Origin: a bacterium
GTDB taxonomy: Bacteria > UBP18 > UBA7526
Direction: 5' to 3'
Assembly: GCA_030615855.1 (NCBI GenBank)
Contig: JAUWYL010000003.1
Span: forward strand, 2,384-66,383
DNA length: 64,000 nucleotides
Position 1 is the first letter of the stretch, and every line of letters begins with the position of its first letter. Under the pieces are notes generated by a model. That model saw only the letters and a list, made by a program, of their open reading frames with translations. It was not told the DNA's origin and did not search any database. Both the position numbers and the translations under genes were made by a program. Positions 31,646-41,246 of this stretch are shown piece by piece.

Positions 31646-32065
31646 CTACCTTTTGGGTTGAGGTAGCATAGATTTTACCCAAGCGAAAAAGCGCTCAGTA
31701 TGCTTAATTATCTCTATTGCTTCTTTCTGGGTAAATAACCGCTCTTCATATTCTATGAGATTTTTCTTAGCGATGACCTTCCGCAGATGTTGAGCATTTC
31801 TCCTGGCATCAGGGGTTTTTATTGATTCGATTAATAAGCGTACTGCTTCTCTATGATCTGGGCTGGTACTTCTCACCTTGCGATAAAAAGTAAGCAGGGC
31901 ATCGTTAGCAGATATAACGCAGTGTACTGCTTCCAACCCTGCTGAATTCCAGTTGCCTTTTTCATAAGCCAATCTCATAGCCCGATGGAAATCCCGAGAT
32001 TTCCTAAAGTAATTTAGATACTCGCCAGGTTCAATCTTTTTGAATTTAGTCTTCTTAGCTATCAA
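31646..32065 (-). CDS. HEPN domain protein (putative toxin)
   Basis: AVHCVISANDA, DHREA, KNLIEY; overlaps MNT gene. Confidence 0.75.
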   Translation of the reverse strand: MIAKKTKFKKIEPGEYLNYFRKSRDFHRAMRLAYEKGNWNSAGLEAVHCVISANDALLTFYRKVRSTSPDHREAVRLLIESIKTPDARRNAQHLRKVIAKKNLIEYEERLFTQKEAIEIIKHTERFFAWVKSMLPQPKR

Positions 32066-32678
32066 TTGTTAGCACCTCAGTTAAACTTTTTCCTTGAATT
32101 ACTTTTCCCTCTTTAATAATTCTCCCTATTAGCCTCTCTTTTGCCTTTTGCTTTTTAGTAAATTCCCTAAGGGTTAAGATATATGGGGAAACTACATTTC
32201 CAAAGGTATCCATTAATTCCATATTCAGGGAGTCGAATTTTCGCTCTACCTTCTTCTTTTCTTTCTGGCGGGAAACCAGTACTAAAAGGTCGATGTCGCT
32301 ATCGGAACTTTCTCTACCTTGAGCAAAACTTCCAAAAAGTATTACGGAGACTACTGTTCTATTAAAGGATTTAGTTATTTTCTTTAATGCTGTCTGAAGC
32401 AAGCCTGCCTCTTTTTTAAATAAAGGTTGGAGCACATGAGAGACTAAATAATTTGTTTCTTTTAAACCGAATAAATGAGCCTTACCTACCTTCTGTCTAG
32501 TGACTATTCCTTCGTTTATCAATTCTCTTAATGCCAAATGGCAGGTTCTATGGTTCAGTCCGCTGAGTTGGGCTATTTGACGACCGGTTATTTCTATTTT
32601 ACTTTTAAATAATACACGCAATATTTTAATCTTAGATCTCTGTCCCAATACCTCTTCCAAGACATTGTGCATACGCAT
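32055..32678 (-). CDS. HTH + minimal nucleotidyltransferase (putative antitoxin)
   Basis: N-terminal wHTH, LFGSFAQG..SDIDLLV. Confidence 0.85.
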   Translation of the reverse strand: MRMHNVLEEVLGQRSKIKILRVLFKSKIEITGRQIAQLSGLNHRTCHLALRELINEGIVTRQKVGKAHLFGLKETNYLVSHVLQPLFKKEAGLLQTALKKITKSFNRTVVSVILFGSFAQGRESSDSDIDLLVLVSRQKEKKKVERKFDSLNMELMDTFGNVVSPYILTLREFTKKQKAKERLIGRIIKEGKVIQGKSLTEVLTIDS

Positions 32679-32733
32679 ACAACGGCCTCACTTTCTGGAT
32701 AATTTTATTACCTATATGGCTAATTTATTAACC

Positions 32734-32762
32734 AATATATCATAGGATTATTTGATTGTCAA
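32734..32762 (-). promoter_or_regulatory. Sigma70 promoter of MNT-HEPN cassette
   Basis: TTGACA-17 nt-TATATT with extended TG. Confidence 0.6.
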
Positions 32763-33014
32763 CCCCCTTAGACTTTTTAAAAATTTATTGTCAATTCATA
32801 AGATTCAGTAAACTAAAAAATTTCTGATCGAAAGTCTAATGGGATCAAGCGATTGGTCAGTAAGCACAAATTACAACTCAAATCGAAACTTTTGTCAAGT
32901 AATTTCAATTGCAGTCGAAACTTTTGAGACTAAAGACACAGGATTAAAAACCTGCCATCTCTCCCTCGCTGTCGCTCGGAGTAACCAGTAACCAGTGTAC
33001 AGTTTACAGCAAAA

Positions 33015-33125
33015 GAATATCAGATTACCAGTATATCAGATGGAGAGGGATAGATATCAGAAATCAGATAAATCTGATACTCTGACCATCTGAATTCTCA
33101 TTCTGAGACTCTGATGTTCTGCATT
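33015..33125. repeat. Dispersed palindromic element, inverted copy at about 63205-63306
   Basis: AGAATATCAGATTACCAGTATATCAGATGGAGAGGG nearly equals reverse complement of CCCTCTCCATCTGATACTCTGGTAATCTGATATTCT. Confidence 0.8.
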
Positions 33126-33332
33126 CTGAGCATCGCGAAGAATCTAGCCAGTTTATCTGGCGTCTAATCTATAGTTTTACTGGTTACTGTTTGCTGGTTA
33201 CTGTAAACCTCTATTCTACTATTCACTGATAGTAAGTATACCATACTCCTCTTAAAAAAGCAAAAAAGCCACTACATTCATGTGACATAGTGGCTCTTAC
33301 TTACTTTCCTACTTTTTTACTTTTATACTCTT

Positions 33333-35120
33333 TTAGACTACTATTTCCTGGGTGACGCGCAGGACTTCTTCTAAGGTGGTGATTCCAGATAAGATCTTCT
33401 CCACCCCTGCCTGCTGTAAGGTGGTCATCCCTTTGGAGACGGCCTTCTGCTTTATAAGGTTGGTCTCTTTCTTATTGGTAATCATATCCCTTATCTCATC
33501 ATCTATTACTAATAGTTCGAAGATCCCGGTCCTTCCCCAATATCCAGTATCGAGACAAAAAGGACAACCCTTTCCTCTCCAGAGAACTCCCTCCGGGCCA
33601 GAGGCCCTCTGAGCCGGCGGCCCTTCCCTCCGGGGCAGAGCCCCCTCTCTCCGAGCCAGAGGCTCTTCCGAGCCGGAGGCTGGGGCGGAGCCTTTAAGGT
33701 CAGAAGGTTTCAATCCCACCTCTGCTAAGGACTCTGGCGTTGGAGTATAGGACTCCTTGCATTTTGGGCAGATGAGGCGAACTAATCTCTGGGCCATGAT
33801 CCCGATTATTGAAGAAGAGGCAAGATAGGGCTCCACCCCCATCTCGAGTAGTCTGGTAATGGCTCCGGCAGCATCATTGGTATGGAGAGTAGAGAAGACC
33901 AAGTGGCCGGTTAAAGCAGCGTGGATGGCAATCTCTGCGGTCTCGAAGTCTCGGATCTCACCCACCATCATAACATCCGGGTCCTGCCTCACAATAGACC
34001 TTAATCCAGAAGCAAAGGTTAAACCGATCTTGGGCTTTACCTGTATCTGTCCGATCCCCTCTAACTGATACTCAATGGGATCCTCCACAGTAATGATGTT
34101 TTTGTCCGGGGTATTAATGCGGTCTAAAGCACTATACAGAGTGGTCGTCTTACCTGACCCTGTTGGCCCAGTATTCAGTATGATACCATGGGAACTTTTG
34201 ATTAATTTGAGGAGCTTTTCCAGGTTCTTTTGAGAGAAGCCTAAGTTCTCCAATCTGAAGGACATACTCGACTTATCCAATAACCTCATCACTACCCTCT
34301 CCCCAAAGAAGGTGGGAATTACTGAGACTCGGATATCAATGTCCTTTCCCGCCATCTTGATACTTATTCTTCCATCCTGGGGAAGCCTTCTCTCAGCAAT
34401 ATTTAAGCTGGCCATTACTTTTACCCGAGAGACGATGGCCGGTTGATGACTACGCTCATTACGCAGAATATCATATAGCACGCCATCTACTCTATATCGT
34501 ATCCTCAGTTCCTTCTCAAAGGGCTCGATGTGGATATCACTGGCCCTCTTCTTTAAGGCCTCAATAATGAGGGAGTCAACGAACTTAATAATGGGTGGTT
34601 TGGAAGCCAAGTCCAATAAATCCTCTGCCCCTTCAAATGTTCCTTCCCCTTTTCCAAAATCAACCTTCTCAAACTCCTTTATGATTTCAGTGGCGCTCTC
34701 TCCCTCCTGGGCACCATAACCCCTTTCAATCCCTTTGAGAATCTCCTCTTCCGGAACGATGACCATCCTTAGAGGATGGGTCAGGATAAGGCGGAGATTA
34801 TCAATGGGACCAGGGTCCAAAGGATCAGAGGTAGCCACCCTCTCTCCTTTCAGGGGAAGAAGGCAACACCTCTTGAGGAAAGAATGGGAGAGTTCAGAGA
34901 GTCCCTCAGAATCGATATCCTCATCTGAGAGATGGTCCAAGTAGGGGACATGAAGTTTTTCACTCAAGACCCGCAGAATCTCTTCCTGAGTAAGAAACTT
35001 TAGTTGTAAGAGAACCTTATCTAATCTCTCATTGGTCCTTCCCTGTAAGTCTAAAGCCTCTTTTAATTCTTCCTTAGTTATCTTCTTATCCTTCAGGAGG
35101 ATCTCACCCAGATTCTCCAT
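33333..35120 (-). CDS. gspE: T2SS ATPase GspE, with repeat insertion
   Basis: ASDIHIEP, GPTGSGKTTT, RQDPDV, CPKC...CPFC. Confidence 0.95.
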   Translation of the reverse strand: MENLGEILLKDKKITKEELKEALDLQGRTNERLDKVLLQLKFLTQEEILRVLSEKLHVPYLDHLSDEDIDSEGLSELSHSFLKRCCLLPLKGERVATSDPLDPGPIDNLRLILTHPLRMVIVPEEEILKGIERGYGAQEGESATEIIKEFEKVDFGKGEGTFEGAEDLLDLASKPPIIKFVDSLIIEALKKRASDIHIEPFEKELRIRYRVDGVLYDILRNERSHQPAIVSRVKVMASLNIAERRLPQDGRISIKMAGKDIDIRVSVIPTFFGERVVMRLLDKSSMSFRLENLGFSQKNLEKLLKLIKSSHGIILNTGPTGSGKTTTLYSALDRINTPDKNIITVEDPIEYQLEGIGQIQVKPKIGLTFASGLRSIVRQDPDVMMVGEIRDFETAEIAIHAALTGHLVFSTLHTNDAAGAITRLLEMGVEPYLASSSIIGIMAQRLVRLICPKCKESYTPTPESLAEVGLKPSDLKGSAPASGSEEPLARREGALPRREGPPAQRASGPEGVLWRGKGCPFCLDTGYWGRTGIFELLVIDDEIRDMITNKKETNLIKQKAVSKGMTTLQQAGVEKILSGITTLEEVLRVTQEIVV

Positions 35121-35122
35121 AA

Positions 35123-37054
35123 TTACTTCCTCTCAAACTCCTCTATCTCTTCCCTCTTTCTCTCAGTCAGGGCTTCGACCTCCTCTGGAGTAGTAACCAC
35201 ATGAGGGGTGAGAAAGATGACCAAGCTTATCTTCTCTGTGACCTCTATCTTTCTCTTGAAGAGCCAGCCCAATCCCGGAATCCTTCCCAGTCCGGGGACC
35301 CTTCTCTCCACAACAGATTTATCTTCTCTCAGTAGGCCCCCAATAACAATGGTCTGGCCATCCCTGACCGTCACTGTGGTATCTGTCTCCCTCTTGGCTA
35401 AAACCGGAGCATCGTGTATCGTCTCTGCTAATACTTTCTGAATCTCCTGATGAATCTTTAAGGTAACAAATCCCTCAGGATTTATCTGGGGGGTGATCTT
35501 CAAGTTTATTCCCACATCCTCATAGGTATAGGTCTTTACCACCGTCTCATCTTCCGTTAGCCGAGAGGCAGTAACCATGGGGACCCTCTTCCCCACCTTG
35601 ATCTCCGCCTCCTGATTATTATTCACCAAGAGATAGGGGGTAGATAGGATATTGAATTCAGAATCAGTCTTATAGAGGTTAACCAGGGCAGCGATATTGG
35701 CTGGCTCATTCTTATATAATCCCAGGGTCATGCCATACAACGTCCCAGCCAAGTACTCTGGTCTCATCCCAAAGTGAGTCACCGCGAGGGGCCGATGGGC
35801 ATGGTCGAGCCGAAATTCTTCTAATGCTGCCCATTCCACTCCTAAGTTCAGGAACTTCTCTAAAGTGACCTCTGCTACCAGAGCCTCCACTAAGACCTGT
35901 TGGCGGGGGATGTCTAGTTTCTCAATAATCTTCTCTAATTCTTCATACTGAGTGGGAGCAGCAATGATGATGAGGGCATTGGTCAATTTATCAGCCACGA
36001 TAGTAGGCTTGGCCTCTATGGCCAGGGCCTTCCCCTTTCCCACTCTGCGAGCAACCATCTTGGCATACATCTCGGTCAAAACCTTGGCTAAGTCCTCAGC
36101 AGTCGAGTTCTTGAGATAGTAGACGTGGATCATCTCCTTCCCTGGAGGAGGCTTCTTATCGATCTCTTCCACAATGGTCATCATTCTCCTTATATTAGAG
36201 GAGACATCTGTAATGATGACCGTATTGGCAGGGGGATAGGTAATGAGATTTCCTCCCGGAGAGATTAAAGGGGTCAAGAGGCTTCGTACCTGATCGCAGG
36301 CAGCATACTCTAAGGGGATGAGCTGGGTGATAATCTTATCCTCTGGGCTTATCCTTTCAACCTCTCTTCCCACTCTGGTCTCAATGCTCTTCCCTTTCGC
36401 TTCCCTTGAGGGAATGACCTTTATCACCTCTCCCGCCGGAACCGTGGTATAGCCCTTCACCTCTAAGATAGACTCTAAGACGTGATATACCTCTTCTAAG
36501 GGAATCTTGGTGGGGGAGATGATGGTTACCTTCCCCCTCACCTTCTCATCGATGACGAAGTTCTTTCCGGTCAATTCGCTTATTGCTTTAATCACTACCT
36601 TAATATCAGCATCCTTGAAATCTAAGGAGACGAGATTCCGGGGTAAGGGTTTCTTAGTAACTTTCTTCTCCTTTGGTGAGATTCTCAAGGAGAGTCTATC
36701 TTTCTGGCTGGTTGCTTTATACTCTGCTGGTTTTTTCAGGTCTATGACCACCCGACTGATACTCTTCGGTCTATCCTTATACTGGGCAGACCTTATGCTC
36801 TTCACCAATGGATGATCGACTACCAATTCTCTCTTAGGCCAGGCATGGATGGTATTGGAAAGGTCTACTACCATACGATTCGGTTTGGTAAGGAGAAAGA
36901 TATTATAATCATGGGGAGAAGGGAGGGTAATATTGACCATTGCCTCCTCTCCCTTGGGTAGAAAAGTTATTTTCGTTAATTTACCTACCGCCCCAGAAAG
37001 GCTACTTCCCAATAGCAGGAAAATTAAAGACGAAATTATTATTCTTGTTTTCAT
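35123..37054 (-). CDS. gspD: T2SS secretin GspD with N-terminal AMIN domain
   Basis: PNRMVVDL (AMIN), LDFKDADI, QVLVEALVAEV, VPGLGRIPGLGWLF. Confidence 0.92.
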   Translation of the reverse strand: MKTRIIISSLIFLLLGSSLSGAVGKLTKITFLPKGEEAMVNITLPSPHDYNIFLLTKPNRMVVDLSNTIHAWPKRELVVDHPLVKSIRSAQYKDRPKSISRVVIDLKKPAEYKATSQKDRLSLRISPKEKKVTKKPLPRNLVSLDFKDADIKVVIKAISELTGKNFVIDEKVRGKVTIISPTKIPLEEVYHVLESILEVKGYTTVPAGEVIKVIPSREAKGKSIETRVGREVERISPEDKIITQLIPLEYAACDQVRSLLTPLISPGGNLITYPPANTVIITDVSSNIRRMMTIVEEIDKKPPPGKEMIHVYYLKNSTAEDLAKVLTEMYAKMVARRVGKGKALAIEAKPTIVADKLTNALIIIAAPTQYEELEKIIEKLDIPRQQVLVEALVAEVTLEKFLNLGVEWAALEEFRLDHAHRPLAVTHFGMRPEYLAGTLYGMTLGLYKNEPANIAALVNLYKTDSEFNILSTPYLLVNNNQEAEIKVGKRVPMVTASRLTEDETVVKTYTYEDVGINLKITPQINPEGFVTLKIHQEIQKVLAETIHDAPVLAKRETDTTVTVRDGQTIVIGGLLREDKSVVERRVPGLGRIPGLGWLFKRKIEVTEKISLVIFLTPHVVTTPEEVEALTERKREEIEEFERK

Positions 37055-37244
37055 TCTATCTCCTTGCCACCGCCGAATTACAAAACAAGTTGGATTAGTG
37101 TATTAGGTAGACTTTTAGGATATTAGTTGGATTAGTGTATTAGGTGGATTAGGTGAAAGTTAATTCAACTAGTCCAACTCATCCAACTAATTTACCAGTC
37201 TAACTATCCTTTTCTGCGTCTTTGCTTCTTCAGCGCTTCTGCGT

Positions 37245-38087
37245 TTAATCTTTTATCTCATAGGTCAAAGTGATGGGACGACCGCCCCTCTCTACTTCCA
37301 CACTGATGATCGGTCTATCCTTCACCTCTTTATACATCTGAATAGCCCTCTCAATACTGTCCAGCCTCTGGCCCTCAACCCCTTTGATGATATCTCCATC
37401 CCTCACGCCCAAGCTCTCAGCCAAGCTCCCCTTCTTGACATCATCTAACCTGAAGCCTCTTATCTGACCAGCCTCTAAGTAAGGTGCAACCTTCACCTGG
37501 GCAAGGAGCTGGTTGGGGTTACTGATCACTGAGGTGAATTTACTTCTGGAAAACGACCATCTATTGCTGGCCACCTTTTCCACCAAACGGGAAGTATCAG
37601 AAGTCATACCAGGAAGAAAGTTCTCACCATAAACTGCCAGGGAGACCAGACCGGCTGAGGTCTTCAAGACAACATGGTCTCTCTCAATCTTGACTATCTC
37701 ATTTTCCCCTACCAAGTCCCCTTTCTTGTAGACTTCCTCCTTCTTAGTATCAGGATCCTCAATGATGCATAGGGATTCCAGGCCCTCTACGACAATGGTC
37801 CCCTTCAGTTTTAGATTCGATACTATACCAGGTAGGGTTTCCAATAGCCCTTCTTCAAGTGAGACCCCTTCTTCCCCAGCAGCAAAGAGATTTCTTTCTA
37901 TAATAATAGAATAATGTTCATAGAGCCTGGGTTCCTCTTTCACTTCCTCTTTTCCTGGAGGAAGCGGAGGAGGCTTAGGAACCGCTACCTTTCCCACGCG
38001 GGCAAAGGAAAGGGAGATATCAATAATAATGGTAAGTGCGATAACGATGAGAACTACATTCAGGATCAGAAAATATTTCTTCAGCAT
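37245..38087 (-). CDS. gspC: T2SS GspC (PDZ)
   Basis: TM, RNLF, LKLKGTI, C-terminal PDZ. Confidence 0.85.
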   Translation of the reverse strand: MLKKYFLILNVVLIVIALTIIIDISLSFARVGKVAVPKPPPLPPGKEEVKEEPRLYEHYSIIIERNLFAAGEEGVSLEEGLLETLPGIVSNLKLKGTIVVEGLESLCIIEDPDTKKEEVYKKGDLVGENEIVKIERDHVVLKTSAGLVSLAVYGENFLPGMTSDTSRLVEKVASNRWSFSRSKFTSVISNPNQLLAQVKVAPYLEAGQIRGFRLDDVKKGSLAESLGVRDGDIIKGVEGQRLDSIERAIQMYKEVKDRPIISVEVERGGRPITLTYEIKD

Positions 38088-38106
38088 CTTTTCCTCTCTT
38101 CAAATC

Positions 38107-38417
38107 TGGCTCCGGAGGAGGGATTCGAACCCCCGACCAAGTGGTTACAGATTCTCTCCAAATTTCTTTAGAGTCTGGACTCTCTCTTTCCCGTGTCCCA
38201 TCTGGCTCTGCCAGACAGGATTTAGGGAGCGGGTGTATAGTCTCTGCACGTTCCCTCCGAAGCTTTAGCCTAGGAGGGCTTCGCTCAGGATTACCTTACC
38301 CGCCGATGAGACGGGGTTAGGCTTCCCTGAATTAGCCCGCTTTTTCAATCCGACTTTCGACGGAAAGCTGCAACTTTCTGGTTACAGCCACCTGCGCTAC
38401 CACTGCGCTACTCCGGA
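38107..38417 (-). tRNA. tRNA-Asn(GTT), intron-split (exons 38384-38417 and 38107-38147)
   Basis: Joined exons give a 75 nt cloverleaf: TCCGGAG/CTCCGGA stem, GGTGG-CTGT^TAA-CCACT, G73, CCA. Confidence 0.92.
38148..38383 (-). ncRNA. Group I intron (IC3-like), 236 nt, no ORF
   Basis: AATTCAGGGAA, AATCCTGAGC, GCAGAGACT, AGAGAGTCC core; P1 GCTGT^AAC/GTTGCAGC with U.G; terminal G. Confidence 0.92.
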
Positions 38418-38432
38418 GCATCCTTAAATAAC

Positions 38433-38461
38433 ATTATACCAAGCAATATCTTATTTGTCAA
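38433..38461 (-). promoter_or_regulatory. Consensus sigma70 promoter for tRNA-Asn (possibly also gsp operon)
   Basis: TTGACA-17 nt-TATAAT with extended TG. Confidence 0.8.
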
Positions 38462-38466
38462 ATATC

Positions 38467-38510
38467 AAAAAAAAGAGCACTTTGACCGTTTGGGATTAAG
38501 TGCTCTTTTT
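38467..38510. terminator. Putative bidirectional terminator
   Basis: AAAAAGAGCACTT...AAGTGCTCTTTTT inverted repeat. Confidence 0.55.
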
Positions 38511-38695
38511 ATCAGCATGATTTGCGTTCTTTTCTTTTGGCGTCTTTTAGTTTCAGCCTCAGCCAGAGGCTGATGAGCCTATGGCTCAAGAGGCTGATCT
38601 CCGCCACATTGATGGCGGACAGGCACCTTTGGCGGAAAATTTAGCGTCTTGGCGGCTGCAATTCGCGTCTTGTTTATTCGCGTTTATTCGCGTCT

Positions 38696-40591
38696 TTACC
38701 ACTTAATATCTAATTGAACAAAGATTGTCTTCTTTGGCTCATCTGGCCTGGCGGTATAGTCTTCATTAGTGTAGTTCTTGCAGGTATATCTCACCCGCAA
38801 CTTGATATCCTTGGTGAACTTCTCCGTAGCCTGGAGATAGTATTCATTATACCTGGTGTGCCTATCGGTATGGATATCGGAGTCATAATACTTCATCCTT
38901 CCCTCTAATGTGAGGCCCTTGGGCTTAGGTAAGTCGTAGCGCACCTTGAAGTAGGCGGTCTGGTCCTCCTGAAATTTATTGGTATACTTGCTGGCATCCT
39001 TCTGGTAGAAGGTATAAGAAGTCTCTAACTTAAGCCTCTTGATGGGGCTATATTTGCATTTGAAGTTATCGGTAATCTTCTCTCCCTCACTGATTGAGCG
39101 TCCCCGGCCGTTCCTATCGATGTCGTTATTCCTCCACTTGCGGTAGTAACTCAGGGTGAGTTTCTTTATTGGGGAGTAGTCTATCTTTCCCTTCCATTCA
39201 TCATCGGTAACTAAGGTGGAGTGCTGCTTCCACTGCTTATAGTATCCCTGAACCTTCCATCTCCTGCTGAACTTATAATCTCCTTTTATACGGTACCCCT
39301 TCTCATCGGTATCCCTTCCAAAGGACTTACTATGGGGATTTTCAAAGTCGGTATCATAATCATAGTAGATGGTCTCTAATTTGAACCTCTCCAGTTCCGT
39401 GAGGGCCTTCAGAAGATAGGCATCCCCTCCATCCTTTCTCCGACCAAACTCAGCAAATAGATTGGTCCTCTTTATCTTGGTGGCGAAGTCCAACCCGGCC
39501 ACAGAGAAGGTCCTCTTATCCGGGAACCTTGTCCAGTAACTACTCTTATATTCAAAGGGAAAGTCCCGATCTATCTTGCTTTGATACCAGGTGGCACCTA
39601 AGTGGGTTTTTTTATCCCAGCGGAAGGTGACATTGGCTCCCTCTATCTCTTCCCTATAGACATCGGGCAGGGTCTTCGATCCCAGGTTGGTGCTTACTGA
39701 GGGTAGGTCATAGTCATCCTGGGAATAGAAGACTGTAGTATCCAGCCATCTCTTCCCTAAGGGGATCTTCTTCCACCTGAAGGCTGCTCCAAAGAGGCGG
39801 TCAGTAGTGGTATCGTTATAGTAGATCCCATGGGCTTTACTTCGACCGGTCTCATTGAAGACCAGTCCCTGTCCAAAGCCCACCCCATAGTCACCAGCGA
39901 TGGCACTCCATTGGGGTTCACTCATATAGATATACTTCCTTAAGAGGCGCACCTCAGTATCCTCATTCTTGATGATAGCAGTCGATCCGGTAGCGGTATA
40001 ACCATCCAATATCTCATCCCTCTCTCCCAGGAAGCCAAGATGCACCCGATCGTAGGCATGGAGGCGAAGCCTCTCGTACATATAGGGCCTCTCCCCATCT
40101 TTCTCGGTATTCTTAAATTTAAAGCGCGACTCCCCCTTCCAACCCCTCTCTTCCTTCTTCCTCTTCTTCTCTACCATAGCAAAGGGCTCTATCTGGTCGT
40201 AGATATCCTTAATCCCAGAGATCTTCTTCATATCTTCCATACTTTTAAATAGACCATATCTTTCGCGGTAGGCAATAATCCTATCTGCTAAGGTGTAGGT
40301 TACTTCTGGAAGGTTATAAAGTTCCTTTCTACTGGCGGTATTGAGGTCCACCGGGTTATTGAATAGGTCCCTCAAGAGTTCGTAGCCCTCATGACTAATA
40401 TCTCCATCCACATATTCTTCTTCGTCATAGTCCCATTCTCCAGCCAGGTCACGCAGGTCGTCCTCACTTCCTACCCCGGATAGATCGACAGCATAGTCAT
40501 AGGCCCAGAGGGGATAGGCGCCAAGTAAGAGAAGGCTGAATACTATTAAAATAGTGAGCTTCTTCCTGCAGTCCATATTATACTTCCTCAA
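38696..40591 (-). CDS. Exported ComEA-type HhH domain fused to predicted outer-membrane beta-barrel
   Basis: Signal peptide, VDLNTAS..LP..A..II.YR; amphipathic aromatic strands; C-terminal FVQLDIKW. Confidence 0.75.
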   Translation of the reverse strand: MRKYNMDCRKKLTILIVFSLLLLGAYPLWAYDYAVDLSGVGSEDDLRDLAGEWDYDEEEYVDGDISHEGYELLRDLFNNPVDLNTASRKELYNLPEVTYTLADRIIAYRERYGLFKSMEDMKKISGIKDIYDQIEPFAMVEKKRKKEERGWKGESRFKFKNTEKDGERPYMYERLRLHAYDRVHLGFLGERDEILDGYTATGSTAIIKNEDTEVRLLRKYIYMSEPQWSAIAGDYGVGFGQGLVFNETGRSKAHGIYYNDTTTDRLFGAAFRWKKIPLGKRWLDTTVFYSQDDYDLPSVSTNLGSKTLPDVYREEIEGANVTFRWDKKTHLGATWYQSKIDRDFPFEYKSSYWTRFPDKRTFSVAGLDFATKIKRTNLFAEFGRRKDGGDAYLLKALTELERFKLETIYYDYDTDFENPHSKSFGRDTDEKGYRIKGDYKFSRRWKVQGYYKQWKQHSTLVTDDEWKGKIDYSPIKKLTLSYYRKWRNNDIDRNGRGRSISEGEKITDNFKCKYSPIKRLKLETSYTFYQKDASKYTNKFQEDQTAYFKVRYDLPKPKGLTLEGRMKYYDSDIHTDRHTRYNEYYLQATEKFTKDIKLRVRYTCKNYTNEDYTARPDEPKKTIFVQLDIKW

Positions 40592-40751
40592 TTACGTTAA
40601 TCGGTTACGGTTACTTGTATTAGGAGTGCGGATGAGTTGTGAGTAGTGGGTCGGGGATGAGTTATGAGGGTGAGGTAATAGAACTCAACCCCATCCCCAC
40701 AACTCGACACACAACCCATAACCCACCCTCAACCTTTTAACCGGATAGCCT

Positions 40752-41207
40752 TTATTTTTCTTCCATTCTCTGGAGGGCACATCCCCCACCCACTCGTCTT
40801 TCTCTCGCCTCAATGAAGGGCTCTATTTGCTCATATATCTCTAAGGTTATTCCAGGAATCTTCTTTATCTCTTCCTTACTTTTAAAAAGTCCATACTTCT
40901 TGCGATATTCTATAATCCTATCTGCTAAGTTGTAGCCTATCTCAGGAAGGTTATAGAGCTCATCCCTATCTGCAGTATTGAGATTCACCTTATTATCAAA
41001 TAGGTCTTTCAAGGTTTCATATTCCTCGTTAGTAATCTCCCCATCGACATACTCCTCTGCATCATAGTCCCACTCTCCGGCCAGGTCACGTAAGTCGTCC
41101 TCACTGGTAACATCAGAGAGGTCAACCCCATAGTCATAGCCCAGGATGAGAGGAGCAAGGAATAGGAGACTAAAAATCATCAAAATAGTAATCTTTCTGT
41201 GATCCAT
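40752..41207 (-). CDS. Exported single-HhH protein, paralog of N-terminus of 38696-40591
   Basis: Shared SEDDLRDLAGEWDYD and HhH. Confidence 0.75.
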   Translation of the reverse strand: MDHRKITILMIFSLLFLAPLILGYDYGVDLSDVTSEDDLRDLAGEWDYDAEEYVDGEITNEEYETLKDLFDNKVNLNTADRDELYNLPEIGYNLADRIIEYRKKYGLFKSKEEIKKIPGITLEIYEQIEPFIEARERRVGGGCALQRMEEK

Positions 41208-41246
41208 ATTACCCTACTTATATTCGCGACAATTCGTGTCTTGGCG

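Larger units (their letters stand above)
31435..32984. mobile_element. 1.5 kb cassette (MNT-HEPN) bounded by identical 33 bp direct repeats
   Basis: CTGCCATCTCTCCCTCGCTGTCGCTCGGAGTAA at 31435-31467 and 32952-32984; AT-richer interior. Confidence 0.65.

Noticed and set aside
38107..38417. tRNA-Tyr(GTA) reading suggested by CTGTAACC at both junctions
   Set aside because: Gives a 6 nt anticodon loop, violates group I splice rules, lacks long variable arm
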